Position numbers and translations under genes: made by a program. Shown one piece after another: positions 1 through 8,235 of a stretch of DNA of 24,000 nt; within the stretch, counting starts at the first letter, position 1, and each line of letters opens with the position of its first letter. Source of the DNA: Aliidongia sp. (GTDB lineage Bacteria; Pseudomonadota; Alphaproteobacteria; ATCC43930; CGMCC-115725); NCBI GenBank assembly GCA_037200015.1, contig JBBCHB010000041.1, positions 24,314-48,313 of the forward strand. Reading direction: 5' to 3'. The notes under the pieces were generated by a model that saw only the letters and a list, made by a program, of their open reading frames with translations, did not search any database and was not told the DNA's origin.

Positions 1-72
1 TTCCTGATCTTGCCCGAACCCTAAAATCCGCGTCGCTTGGCCGCCGTCGCCGCACCAGCATTCTGCCAGTGA

Positions 73-306
73 TCAACGATACCAGCGGCGGTTGATTAAG
101 ATGGCGCCAGGCCAGATGCCGACCGCAGCGAGTGAAAGCAGAAACAGGACCCAGTGTATCCAGCGCCGGCCCGTCGACCGCGCTGTCCTCTGCGGCTCGA
201 AAGACTGCTTGACCGCGGCGTCCAATTGTTCTGGCCAAGCTTCGCTTCTCGCCGTCGCAGCCTCGTCCGTGCTGGAGCGGGAGATCTCCTCCCCGTCGTT
301 GGGCAT
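73..306 (-). CDS. hypothetical small membrane protein (77 aa)
   Basis: ATG at 306 with GGAGGG 7 nt upstream on the minus strand. Mostly G/C third positions. C-terminal hydrophobic stretch WIHWVLFLLSLAAVGIWPGAILI. No family recognised. Confidence 0.35.
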   Translation of the reverse strand: MPNDGEEISRSSTDEAATARSEAWPEQLDAAVKQSFEPQRTARSTGRRWIHWVLFLLSLAAVGIWPGAILINRRWYR

Positions 307-436
307 TCAGGCACCCTCCACGCCGGGGGTACGTTCGGCAGGAGTCTATTGGCTGCGATCCGTAATGGGAACCAGCTGCTTATTGCATTCGATGTTGAGG
401 AAAATTCAGGAATACAGTAGCGCGACGGCGTCCCTG

Positions 437-454
437 CCTAGCATTACAGTTGCG
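437..454. repeat. IS left terminal inverted repeat
   Basis: cctagcattacagttgcg is the exact reverse complement of 1852-1869. The transposase stop codon (444-446) lies inside it. Confidence 0.9.
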
Positions 455-1819
455 TTTTTGACTTGAAGTGGGCGCTCTGAGCGGCCGCTTGGTGGGCGCG
501 CCGCCAGAGCGACCAGGCGATGATGTGGGCCGGTTTGATCCGCCGCTGAGCAAGCCTGACGGCGATGCGGCGGACCTCCTGGACCGACCAGCGGATCAGG
601 GGCGGCGCGGCGGTTTCGCGGCTGATGGTTTCGTTTTTGGGGGCGGTGTGGCATTGGCGCGCTGGCGGATGGCAGCCATCATGGCGAAGGCGAGCATGAC
701 GAGCGAGACGTGGCGATGCCAGCCATGCCAGGAGCGGCTCTCGTTGTGATCGAGACCAAGCTCGTTCTTGGCGGTCTCGAAGCTGTCCTCGATGGCCCAG
801 CGATGGCCTTCGACCGACACCAGCGTCTCGATCGGCGTACCGGCCGGACACCAAGTGGTGAAGAAGGCGAGATCGCCATTTGCGATGTGGCGGCGGATCA
901 GCAGGCCGCGGTCCACACGCCCGGATTTTCGGCATCGAATTCCTCGGCCTCTAGGTCGGCGAGCTCAAGATAGGCCCAGTCATGAAGCCGCGGCCCTTTG
1001 GTTCCTGCTCCTGCCGAGAGGCGCTGCCAATCGGATGGTTTGCAGCGCCTCGGCGATCGCCAAGGCTGATCCTGCGACCGGTTGCGGCTTGTCCCAGGAA
1101 TGGAAGAGATGGTCGCCGGTGACGCCGAGCACATAACCCTTGCCGGCCCGGCGCAGGACGCGTTCGACCTCGCTGACACCATAGACGGTATCGGCGGCGA
1201 CCCAGGCGAACGGCACATGAGCCGCGAGCGCGCGCCCGATCATCCGGGCCGCCAGCTTGGGCTTGGTGGCGAAGCCAACATCGTCCGACACATGGGCGGC
1301 CTTCAGGCGCGCCGGATCGTCGGTCCAGATCTTCGGCAGATAGAGCGCGCGGTCGATAAAGGCGTGGCCGTGGCAGGAGACATAAGCGGCGAACACGCCC
1401 ACTTGGCAGTTCGTGATCTTGCCGGCCGAGCCCGTGTACTGACGGGACACGCCACACGATGCCTTGCCCTGCTTCAGGAATCCGGTCTCGTCGAGCACCA
1501 GCACCGCATGTTCGTCCGCCAGATGCTCGACCACATAGTCGCGCACGATGTCGCGCAGCGCATCGGCATCCCAGCGACCGCGGCCGAGAATGGCCTGCTG
1601 GCGCCACGGCCCCGGATCACCGGCCGCTTCCGCCCGCATCCATCCGGTCTTGCGACGCTCGTCGCCAACCAGCCCATCCAGGAACAGGCCAGCGCTCGCC
1701 GCGACGCGGTCCTGCGTGAAAAGCGGTCGTATCCGACCCTTCACATCGCGCAGCGACGAGGCCCACAACGCCAGCGTCGCTTCAATCGAGGCACCAGACA
1801 TCCATGATCTCCGAATCAT
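444..1819 (-). pseudogene. IS701-family DDE transposase, three frame breaks as assembled
   Basis: Family-typical segments lie in different frames. They are SRQYTGSAGKITNCQVGVFAAY (ORF 980-1819), DWQRLSAGAGTKGPRLHDWAYLELADL (898-1218), HRWAIEDSFETAKNELGLDHNESRSWHGWHRHVSL (596-916) and LIRWSVQEVRRIAVRL...HFKSKTQL* (444-935). Breaks are near 1042, about 905-925, and the T5G5 run at 634-643. Confidence 0.85.
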
Positions 1820-1851
1820 GGTCGCCCATAGATTCAGAGATCAGCAAAATG

Positions 1852-1869
1852 CGCAACTGTAATGCTAGG
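1852..1869. repeat. IS right terminal inverted repeat
   Basis: cgcaactgtaatgctagg is the exact reverse complement of 437-454. Confidence 0.9.
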
Positions 1870-1884
1870 ACGCGTTTTCGACCG

Positions 1885-2763
1885 CTACGGCCGCCCGCCA
1901 TGTCCGACGTCGACCGTCGCGATCAGCAGCTTGCCGGCCGGCGCCGCTCCGGCCTCGCGTCCGGCCAGGGGCGGCGCCGTCAACATGAACAAAGTCCGAC
2001 CGTCCTCGCCGCCGAGCATGCAGGCATAGCAGGGCTGGCCGGTCTCGATCACGTCCAGCACCGTGCCGCCCTCGGCGATCAGCGCGCATTCCGGCGCCAA
2101 CGGATTGGCGATCCAGACATGGCCATCGGCGTCAAGCGCGATGCCGTCGGGCACGCGCGGCCAGGTCGTGGCCCAGACCCGGCGATTGCCGAGCGATCCG
2201 TCCGCGCCGATATCGAAGGCGGTCAGGCATCCGCCGAGCGTCTCGCCTACGATCAGGGTCCGCCCGTCCGGCGTGATCACCGAGCCGTTCGGGAAATGCA
2301 TGTCGGCCGCCGCCACCAGCACGCGGCCGTCCGGCTGGACGCAGGCGAGCTTGGCCGTGGCGTGATCGGCCAGCACCGCTTCGATGCCGCGCGCGGCCAA
2401 CTCGGCATCGAGGTCGAAGCCGAAATTGCCGACATAGGCCCGCCCGGCGGCGTCGACGACCATGTCGTTGCAGTGGAACCCGGCGATGTCCTTCAGCTCG
2501 GCATGGACGGCGATCCGGCCCTCGACCGAGCGGCGCAGCACCTGGCGCCTGGTCATCGACACGATCAGCAGCGAACCGTCAGGCATCCAACCCAGTCCGG
2601 AGGGTCTGTCGTCGATCTCGACTTCGATGCGCAGATCGCCGGCCGGCGAGACCGATTTCACCGCATGAGCATAGAAGTCGCTGAACCAGAGCCGTCCGTC
2701 ATGCCAGCGCGGCCCTTCGCCGAAATAAATGCCTTCCGCGAGAATACGCGTCGTCCGTCCCAT
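1885..2763 (-). CDS. SMP-30/gluconolactonase/LRE-family protein (lactonase-like beta-propeller)
   Basis: Begins MGRTTRILAEGIYFGEGPRWHDGRLWFSD, with later PDGSLL, FPNG and PDGIALDADGHVW propeller-blade motifs. ATG at 2763 follows GGAAAGGG. The 5' part of ORF 1885-3150 is read-through. Confidence 0.85.
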   Translation of the reverse strand: MGRTTRILAEGIYFGEGPRWHDGRLWFSDFYAHAVKSVSPAGDLRIEVEIDDRPSGLGWMPDGSLLIVSMTRRQVLRRSVEGRIAVHAELKDIAGFHCNDMVVDAAGRAYVGNFGFDLDAELAARGIEAVLADHATAKLACVQPDGRVLVAAADMHFPNGSVITPDGRTLIVGETLGGCLTAFDIGADGSLGNRRVWATTWPRVPDGIALDADGHVWIANPLAPECALIAEGGTVLDVIETGQPCYACMLGGEDGRTLFMLTAPPLAGREAGAAPAGKLLIATVDVGHGGRP

Positions 2764-2795
2764 GGTTTCCCTTTCCGTCTGGTTATCGTTACGGC

Positions 2796-3725
2796 TCAGC
2801 CGCCCTTGCCCGGCACCGCGGGGCCGGATTTGAGATAGGTCGCAAGCGCCATCCGGTCGGCATCGGTCAGCTTGGCGGTGCCGTCGACCACCTCGGACAT
2901 CGGCGCTGCGACGAAATCGCCATCCGGCGTCATGCCGGATTTGAGCAGCGCCGCGATCTCGTCGACACTCCATTTGCCGATGCCGTCCTTGAGGTCGGTC
3001 GAGATGTTCGGCGCCAGTTTGCCCTTGGGGCCCGACAGCTTGTTGCCGCCGAACCGGCGATCCTGGTCGAGGCCGCCCAGCGCGGTGCGCGGCGTATGGC
3101 ACTCGCCGCAATGGCCGACCGCGATCGCCAGATAGGCGCCGCGATTCCATTCGGCGCTGCGCGTGGGATCAGGTGCCAGCGGACCGGGTTGGAAATAGAG
3201 CGCCCGCCACAGCAGCATGCTCAGCCGGACGTCATAGGGGAAGCTCACCTCATGCGGCCGATTCGCCTGCGCGACCGGCGGCTGGGTCGCGAGATAGGCG
3301 CGGATGTCGAGAATGTCGCGATCGGTCATGAAGGTGAAGGCGGGAAACGGAAAGGCGGAAAAGTAATGTTCGCCGGCGGGCGAGATGCCGTCGCGCAGGG
3401 CATGCAGGAAATCGGCGTCGCTCCAGGCGCCGATGCCGTAGGCCGGATCGGGCGTGATGTTGCGGCTGAAATAGGTCCCGAACGGCGTCTCGATCGCACC
3501 GCCGCCGGCCAGCCGCGCGCCGCCATGCCCCTTGTCGGTATGGCAACCGACGCAATTGGCCGCGTTGAACAGATATTCGCCGCGCCGGGCCGCCTCCGGA
3601 TCGGCGGCCGCCACCGCCTCGGGCACAGGGTGCGACCTGGTCGCGCAGCTTGTGAGGAGAACGGGCAGCGCCATGAGGATCGCCGCGGCCCAAACCGGCG
3701 CGCGCGAGTGGAATCGTCTGCTCAT
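2796..3725 (-). CDS. diheme c-type cytochrome, probable lipoprotein
   Basis: Two CXXCH motifs (CVGCH, CGECH). Signal/lipobox MSRRFHSRAPVWAAAILMALPVLLTSC. ATG at 3725 follows GGAGGA. It sits 32 bp upstream of the SMP-30 gene on the same strand. Confidence 0.85.
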   Translation of the reverse strand: MSRRFHSRAPVWAAAILMALPVLLTSCATRSHPVPEAVAAADPEAARRGEYLFNAANCVGCHTDKGHGGARLAGGGAIETPFGTYFSRNITPDPAYGIGAWSDADFLHALRDGISPAGEHYFSAFPFPAFTFMTDRDILDIRAYLATQPPVAQANRPHEVSFPYDVRLSMLLWRALYFQPGPLAPDPTRSAEWNRGAYLAIAVGHCGECHTPRTALGGLDQDRRFGGNKLSGPKGKLAPNISTDLKDGIGKWSVDEIAALLKSGMTPDGDFVAAPMSEVVDGTAKLTDADRMALATYLKSGPAVPGKGG

Positions 3726-3845
3726 CCTTCTAATCCTCCCCGGGACCGCGTAATCATCATTGTCGCAGACGGCATGCATTGCCAGTTTCATCCGTCTGGG
3801 TCCAATGACCTCACACATCCGCCGCGGCGGCCGGGGAGCGACGGA

Positions 3846-4904
3846 ATGAACAAATCAGACTCGATCGCCGCGCCTGTTTCCGTGCCCGTTACCGGTTTCA
3901 TCCCTTTTCTGCTGCTGGCGTCGGTCCCGCTGGCCTATCTCCTGGCCGAGCCGCTGCCCTGCCTCGTCGTCCCCGGCTTCCTGGTCACCTTCCTGACGCT
4001 GGATTTCCTGCTCGGCTACGACACGGTGGAAGACGCGCCGGCCGACCGCCCTCTGCTCTTCCGCCTGCCGGTCTGGGCCTATATCCCGGTCCAGCTCGGC
4101 GTCATCGCCTGGGGCCTGGTTACGGTCAGCCGCGGTGCGAGCCTGGTCGGGCTGATCGGCCTCGCACTCGCGACCGGCGCCGCAGCCGGGATCTTCGGCA
4201 TGCTGGCGGCGCATGAGATGATCCATAGCCGGCACCGCGGCGAGCGGGCACTCGGCCTGGCGATGCTGGCCGGGGTCGGCTACATGCATTTCCGCATCTC
4301 GCATCTCTACGGCCATCACCGCTTCGCCGGTACCTATCAGGATCCGGCGACCGCGCGGCGCGGCGAGACGGCTTATCGCTTCATCCTGCGGTCCGTGACG
4401 GGACAGGTCGCCGAGGCCTGGCGGTTCGAGCGCCAGCGCCTGGCGCGCCGCCGCTGGCCGCTGCTCGGCAACCGGATGATCGGCTATGCCATCGTCATCG
4501 CCGCCATCGATCTGGGCGTGCTCGGCCTGCTCGGCTGGCCGGCCTTCGCCTTCCAGATGATCCAGAGCGTCGCCGCGATCTTCATCCTGGAGCTATTCAA
4601 CTACATCGCCCATTACGGGCTGGTCCGGCGGATTCGGCCGGACGGGCGGCTAGAGTCGTTCGGCGCCCAGCATTCCTGGAACGCCCGGCCACGCTTCAAC
4701 AATTGGGCGCTGTTCAATGGCGGCCATCACGCCCATCACCACCGGCAGCCGACCGCGACCTATCAATATCTCCGTCTCGACCCGACCGCGCCCGAGCTGC
4801 CCTTCGGCTTCGCCGGCAGCATCCTGCTCGCTTTGTTTCCGCCGCTCTGGCGCCGGATCATGGATCCGAAGGTCGATCACTGGCAGGCGCAGCCGGTCGC
4901 TTAG
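3846..4904 (+). CDS. AlkB-like integral-membrane di-iron hydroxylase / fatty-acid desaturase family (352 aa)
   Basis: Histidine boxes HEMIHS, SHLYGHH and GGHHAHHH, plus NYIAHYGL (the AlkB HYG motif). Several hydrophobic helices. ATG 3846 follows GGGGAG at 7 nt. The upstream part of ORF 3096-4904 is antisense to the cytochrome gene. Confidence 0.8.
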   Translation: MNKSDSIAAPVSVPVTGFIPFLLLASVPLAYLLAEPLPCLVVPGFLVTFLTLDFLLGYDTVEDAPADRPLLFRLPVWAYIPVQLGVIAWGLVTVSRGASLVGLIGLALATGAAAGIFGMLAAHEMIHSRHRGERALGLAMLAGVGYMHFRISHLYGHHRFAGTYQDPATARRGETAYRFILRSVTGQVAEAWRFERQRLARRRWPLLGNRMIGYAIVIAAIDLGVLGLLGWPAFAFQMIQSVAAIFILELFNYIAHYGLVRRIRPDGRLESFGAQHSWNARPRFNNWALFNGGHHAHHHRQPTATYQYLRLDPTAPELPFGFAGSILLALFPPLWRRIMDPKVDHWQAQPVA

Positions 4905-4911
4905 GCTCCCC

Positions 4912-6342
4912 TCAGTTCCAGATCGGCGGGCGGAGATCCTTCCACGGGCATTCCGTCTCCAGCTGCGCGGCGAGCCGGAACAAAGTCGCCTCGTCGGCAT
5001 AGCCGGCACTGAACATCATGCCGACCGGCAGGCCGGTGCTCGACCGGCAGAGCGGCAGCGAGATCGAAGGCTGGCCGGTGAAGTTGAACGGTGCGGCGAA
5101 GGGAAACAGCTCGGCGTTGCGCCGCCGGATCTCCAGCGGTTCGACCGTGACCGGGTTGATATAGCCGAGCGGCGGCGGCACCGTGCCCATGACCGGCGTC
5201 AGATAGACGTCGAACTCCTCGAACAGGGCAAGCACGCCACGCCCGAGCATCCGGCGTTCCTGCATACTGTAGAGCGCCTCGGCCCCGGTGACGCGGCGAC
5301 CGCCCTTCAGCGCGGCCCAGGTCAGCGGCTCCAGCTCATGCGGTTCGGGCTCGCGGCCGATCAGCTCGATCAGGCGCTGCATGCCCGCGGCGTAATTGGC
5401 GCCGGCCAGCGCGTTCTGCGCGGCGTAGAGCGCGCGGAGATCGACACCCAGGCCCCGCGGCACGACCTCATGGCCGAGCTTTTCAAGCAGCGCGGCGACG
5501 CCTTCCAGCAGAGATTGGATCTCCGGGTGGATCGGCTGGCCATTCGCGGTCTCCGACGACCAGGCGATGCGCAGCCGGCCGGGGGCGCGGTCGAGTTCGG
5601 CCAGATAAGACCCGGCCTTGGCCGGCGGCGCATAGGGCGAGGCCGGTTCCGGCACGCCGGTGACGTCGAGCATGGCGGCGCTGTCGCGCACGGTACGGGT
5701 CAGCACATGCTCGACGACATTGCCTTGCGCAAAGTCATAGCCGTCCGGCAGGTGCGGGTTGCGGTCGCGCGTGACCTTGAGCCCGACCAGCCCACAGCAA
5801 GATGCGGGAATCCGGATCGAACCCAGCCCGTCGCCGCCATGGGCCATCGGCACGATGCCGGCCGCGACCGCCGCCGCCGAGCCGCCCGATGAACCGCCGC
5901 TGCTGCGCTCGAGATCCCAGGGGTTATGGCAGGCGCCGAGATGGGCCGATTCAGTCGTGCCGGTGATGCCGAACTCGGGCGTGTTGGTCTTGCCCAGCGG
6001 CACCACGCCGCTCGAGCGGTAGCGGCGCATCAGTCCGGTATCCGCCGCATCGACGACGCCGGCCGCGAATCGGCTGCCCGAGGTGCGCGGCCAGCCGGCG
6101 ACGCCGATCAGCAGATCCTTGACCATGAACGGCACACCGCGGAACGGCCCGTCCGGGAGATTGCCCTTGGCGGCGGCGCGCGCCTCGTCATAGGCCTTGT
6201 AGACGACTGCGTTCAGCACGCCGTTATGACGCTCGATGCGGTCGATGGCAGCCTCGACCAGCTCGGCCGGCGTGATATCGCCCGTCCGGACCAGTTCGGC
6301 CAGACCCAGCCCGTCATACTCGGAATATTCGGCAAAGCTCAC
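4912..6342 (-). CDS. amidase (amidase-signature family)
   Basis: 476 aa with the Gly/Ser-rich AS signature GGSSGGSAAAVAAG and the catalytic-type context KDLL...GTTES. GTG start at 6342 follows GGGGGGA. Confidence 0.9.
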   Translation of the reverse strand: MSFAEYSEYDGLGLAELVRTGDITPAELVEAAIDRIERHNGVLNAVVYKAYDEARAAAKGNLPDGPFRGVPFMVKDLLIGVAGWPRTSGSRFAAGVVDAADTGLMRRYRSSGVVPLGKTNTPEFGITGTTESAHLGACHNPWDLERSSGGSSGGSAAAVAAGIVPMAHGGDGLGSIRIPASCCGLVGLKVTRDRNPHLPDGYDFAQGNVVEHVLTRTVRDSAAMLDVTGVPEPASPYAPPAKAGSYLAELDRAPGRLRIAWSSETANGQPIHPEIQSLLEGVAALLEKLGHEVVPRGLGVDLRALYAAQNALAGANYAAGMQRLIELIGREPEPHELEPLTWAALKGGRRVTGAEALYSMQERRMLGRGVLALFEEFDVYLTPVMGTVPPPLGYINPVTVEPLEIRRRNAELFPFAAPFNFTGQPSISLPLCRSSTGLPVGMMFSAGYADEATLFRLAAQLETECPWKDLRPPIWN

Positions 6343-6552
6343 AACATCCCCCCGTTTTGTTTGTTTCGGCTCAGCCGACCGCAGTGTCCGGCCGCGACGA
6401 CTATACCAGCCTTCGTCAACGGGTCATCGTCGCACGCGCCCATCCAGCCCGTTGACCCAGACGAGTTTTCCCTTCACGTTTAACGCGTGTCGCGATATTT
6501 TTCGCTACTCTGCGGACCAGCTGAGCGCAACCCTCCCGACAAGGATCGAACA

Positions 6553-6807
6553 ATGCCGAGTGACAGTCAAACGAGCGGACCGGTCGACGCCCGTGTGCTG
6601 GCGACGGCACCGGCCGTCGCGCTGCAGACGCTCTACCAGGGCATCTCGAAAGCGATGGTCATCGCCGTGCAGAACGCCGTCGCGGCGCAGCAGCAAGCCA
6701 ATATCACCGCGCAAGCCGTCGTAACCATGGGCGTCTCAACCCTGTACGCAATCGACACGGCAACCCTGGGCCAGGCGGCAGCCAAGGAAATCGGCAAGCC
6801 GCAATGA
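6553..6807 (+). CDS. rebB: RebB-like R-body (killing-trait family) subunit, 84 aa
   Basis: Core APAVALQTLYQGISKAMVIAVQNAVAAQQQANITAQAVVTMGVSTLYAIDTA matches the RebB signature as I remember it (xPAxAxxxLYQ ... NAxxxQQQxNxxAQAxxTxGVxxLYxIDTA). AAGGA lies 7 nt before ATG 6553. The stop overlaps the next ATG (ATGA at 6804-6807). Confidence 0.8.
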   Translation: MPSDSQTSGPVDARVLATAPAVALQTLYQGISKAMVIAVQNAVAAQQQANITAQAVVTMGVSTLYAIDTATLGQAAAKEIGKPQ

Positions 6808-6866
6808 GCATCGCCGCCCGTACCGGCCATGGCGCATCGCTGTTTCACGAAAGGAATGACGAGCCG

Positions 6867-7569
6867 ATGAGCGATTCCAAAACCGCTGATACCGGCCAGG
6901 ACTTCGATACGGCCACTGGCGTCGATACGCTGGCGGTCGCCGGATCCCCGGCGCAATCCTTTGCCATGCTCGACGCCGTGCTGATGCATGCGCTCGGCAT
7001 GGGGATGCTGAACGCCGTCACCAGCCAGCAGAATGCCGCGACGATCCGCTCCGGCACCGTCGCAATGACCTGCTCGATCCTGCTGTCGCTGCCGGTTTCC
7101 GCCACCGCGAACCAGCCGAAACCGACGCCTCAGATCGCCGCCGTGCTCGCGGCTGCAGCGAAGGCGGCACAGGCAGCACCGGCCGACGAGATCGGTCCCA
7201 GGACAGCCGCCGGAAGCGACGACCCCGCAGCGACCGTCGATCCCCAAATCCTCGACGCGATCAATCAGGAGCAACTGGCGACGATGTCGCCGCAGGTCGT
7301 GCTGACGAGCGGCGCTGGCAAAGCCTACCAAATGGTCGCCCCAATCCGCGGCGATTGCCATCCAAGACGCGACCGAAGCCCTGCGCAGCATTTCGACGAT
7401 TGCCGCCGCCGCATCCGGCGTTGCGATGGCCTGTTTCCTCGCGACAGGCGAGGAGAAGTATCTCGCGGGCCTCACGGCCGCGCAGGACATGGTGAAATCC
7501 GCCACCGAAGATTTCACGCGGATCGGCACGGCCGCCGCTACCCTCCTGAAGGAATTTCCGTCCGGATAA
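6867..7569 (+). pseudogene. tandem double RebB-like-domain protein (about 233 aa), one frame break as assembled
   Basis: Frame A 6867-7340 encodes domain 2 (SPAQSFAMLDAVLMHALGMGMLNAVTSQQNAATIRSGTVAMTCSILLSL), an Ala/Pro linker, and the start of domain 3 (GAGKAYQMVA). Frame B 7342-7569 continues QSAAIAIQDATEALRSISTIAAAASGVAMACFLATG...LLKEFPSG*. The break is at the CCCC run 7339-7342. The alternative start is the ATGA-coupled ATG at 6804. Frame A beyond 7343 is Arg-rich read-through antisense to the GNAT gene. Confidence 0.65.
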
Positions 7570-7587
7570 CGACGGCGGGACTGTGTT

Positions 7588-8160
7588 CTATCCGGCGGCG
7601 TGCAGCTCCGCCGCCGGCTTATCGAGCAAGGCTTTCTCCAGCACGACGAAAGCCAGGTCCGGCCGCATCGGCGTGCCGAAGCGATCGTCGTCATAGGGGA
7701 AGGCTTCGGTTTCGCCGGTGCGCCGATAGCCGCGCCGCTCGTACCAGGCGATCAGGCTGTCGCGCACCGACACCACCGTCATACGCGCGGTGCCAGCGCC
7801 CCAGCCGAGCGCTTCGGCCTCGGCCCGCTCCAGCATCATCCGCCCCAAGCCGCGATCCTGCAGGCCGGGACGGACTGCCAGCATGCCGATCAGGCAGGCC
7901 GGCTTGCCCTGTGCGTCGGCCGTTTTCTCCAGCCGGATGCAGGCAAGCAGCGCGCCCGTTTCGCGCAGGCCCAGAATGGTGACGTCGCGGCTGCTGTCGA
8001 ATTCAGCGGCGAGGGTCGCGGCCGTCGTGCGCGGACCGGCCACCATGTCGATTTCGCTGGTCCATCCGGCCTGGCCATCGAGCCCGCGATAGGCGGCATT
8101 CACCAGCTCGGCAAGCGCCTCCAAATCGGCGGCTTTACAGACCGATATCGTCGTCGTCAC
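7588..8160 (-). CDS. GNAT-family N-acetyltransferase (190 aa)
   Basis: Acetyl-CoA motif A context LAVRPGLQDRGLGRMMLERAEAEA, then WYERRGYRRTGE. Confidence 0.85.
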   Translation of the reverse strand: MTTTISVCKAADLEALAELVNAAYRGLDGQAGWTSEIDMVAGPRTTAATLAAEFDSSRDVTILGLRETGALLACIRLEKTADAQGKPACLIGMLAVRPGLQDRGLGRMMLERAEAEALGWGAGTARMTVVSVRDSLIAWYERRGYRRTGETEAFPYDDDRFGTPMRPDLAFVVLEKALLDKPAAELHAAG

Positions 8161-8235
8161 GCGGGCGGGCTCCGTCTTGGTGGCCTATTACGAAGCCCGC
8201 GCCGTGTAGGGAAGACAAGGGGCAATCAAGCGCCC

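Larger units (their letters stand above)
437..1869 (-). mobile_element. IS701-family insertion sequence (about 1.43 kb) with a decayed transposase
   Basis: Perfect 18-bp terminal inverted repeats, cctagcattacagttgcg at 437-454 and its reverse complement at 1852-1869, enclose one DDE transposase reading unit. The CTAG at 438-441 and 1865-1868 may be a YTAR-type 4-bp target duplication, in which case the element proper is 442-1864. Confidence 0.85.

Noticed and set aside
433-1873. Apparent absence of a target-site duplication for the IS
   Set aside because: The bases just outside the 18-bp repeats (cctg / acgc) do not match. However, the palindromic CTAG inside both ends can itself be the 4-bp duplication, so absence of a TSD is not supported.
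2764-3150. N-terminal extension making a 421-aa SMP-30 protein (ORF 1885-3150); similar 5' extensions of ORFs 2796-3818 and 3096-4904
   Set aside because: The extensions overlap neighbouring genes or their antisense and lack homology. Internal starts at 2763, 3725 and 3846 have Shine-Dalgarno sequences and match the expected N-termini.
7338-7343. Programmed +1 ribosomal frameshift in the double-RebB gene
   Set aside because: It cannot be excluded, but about 17 other genes-worth of similar single-base breaks occur in this window, including in cmk. A generic indel or assembly error is therefore the simpler explanation. I see no recognisable frameshift-stimulating context.
6633-7694. 353-aa ORF on the - strand across the reb genes
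   Set aside because: The + strand carries the RebB-type signature with ribosome-binding sites. The minus-strand translation is Arg/Cys-rich with no recognisable motif.
7343-7982. Continuation of ORF 6804-7982 as a 392-aa protein
   Set aside because: After codon 158 (counted from ATG 6867) the frame becomes Arg-rich nonsense and runs antisense through the GNAT gene. The adjacent frame gives a RebB-like continuation with a proper stop at 7569.
8159-8205. Stem gcgggct...agcccgc as a terminator after the hydrolase gene
   Set aside because: The loop is about 23 nt and no T-tract follows on the transcribed strand. It also overlaps the start region of the downstream GNAT gene.
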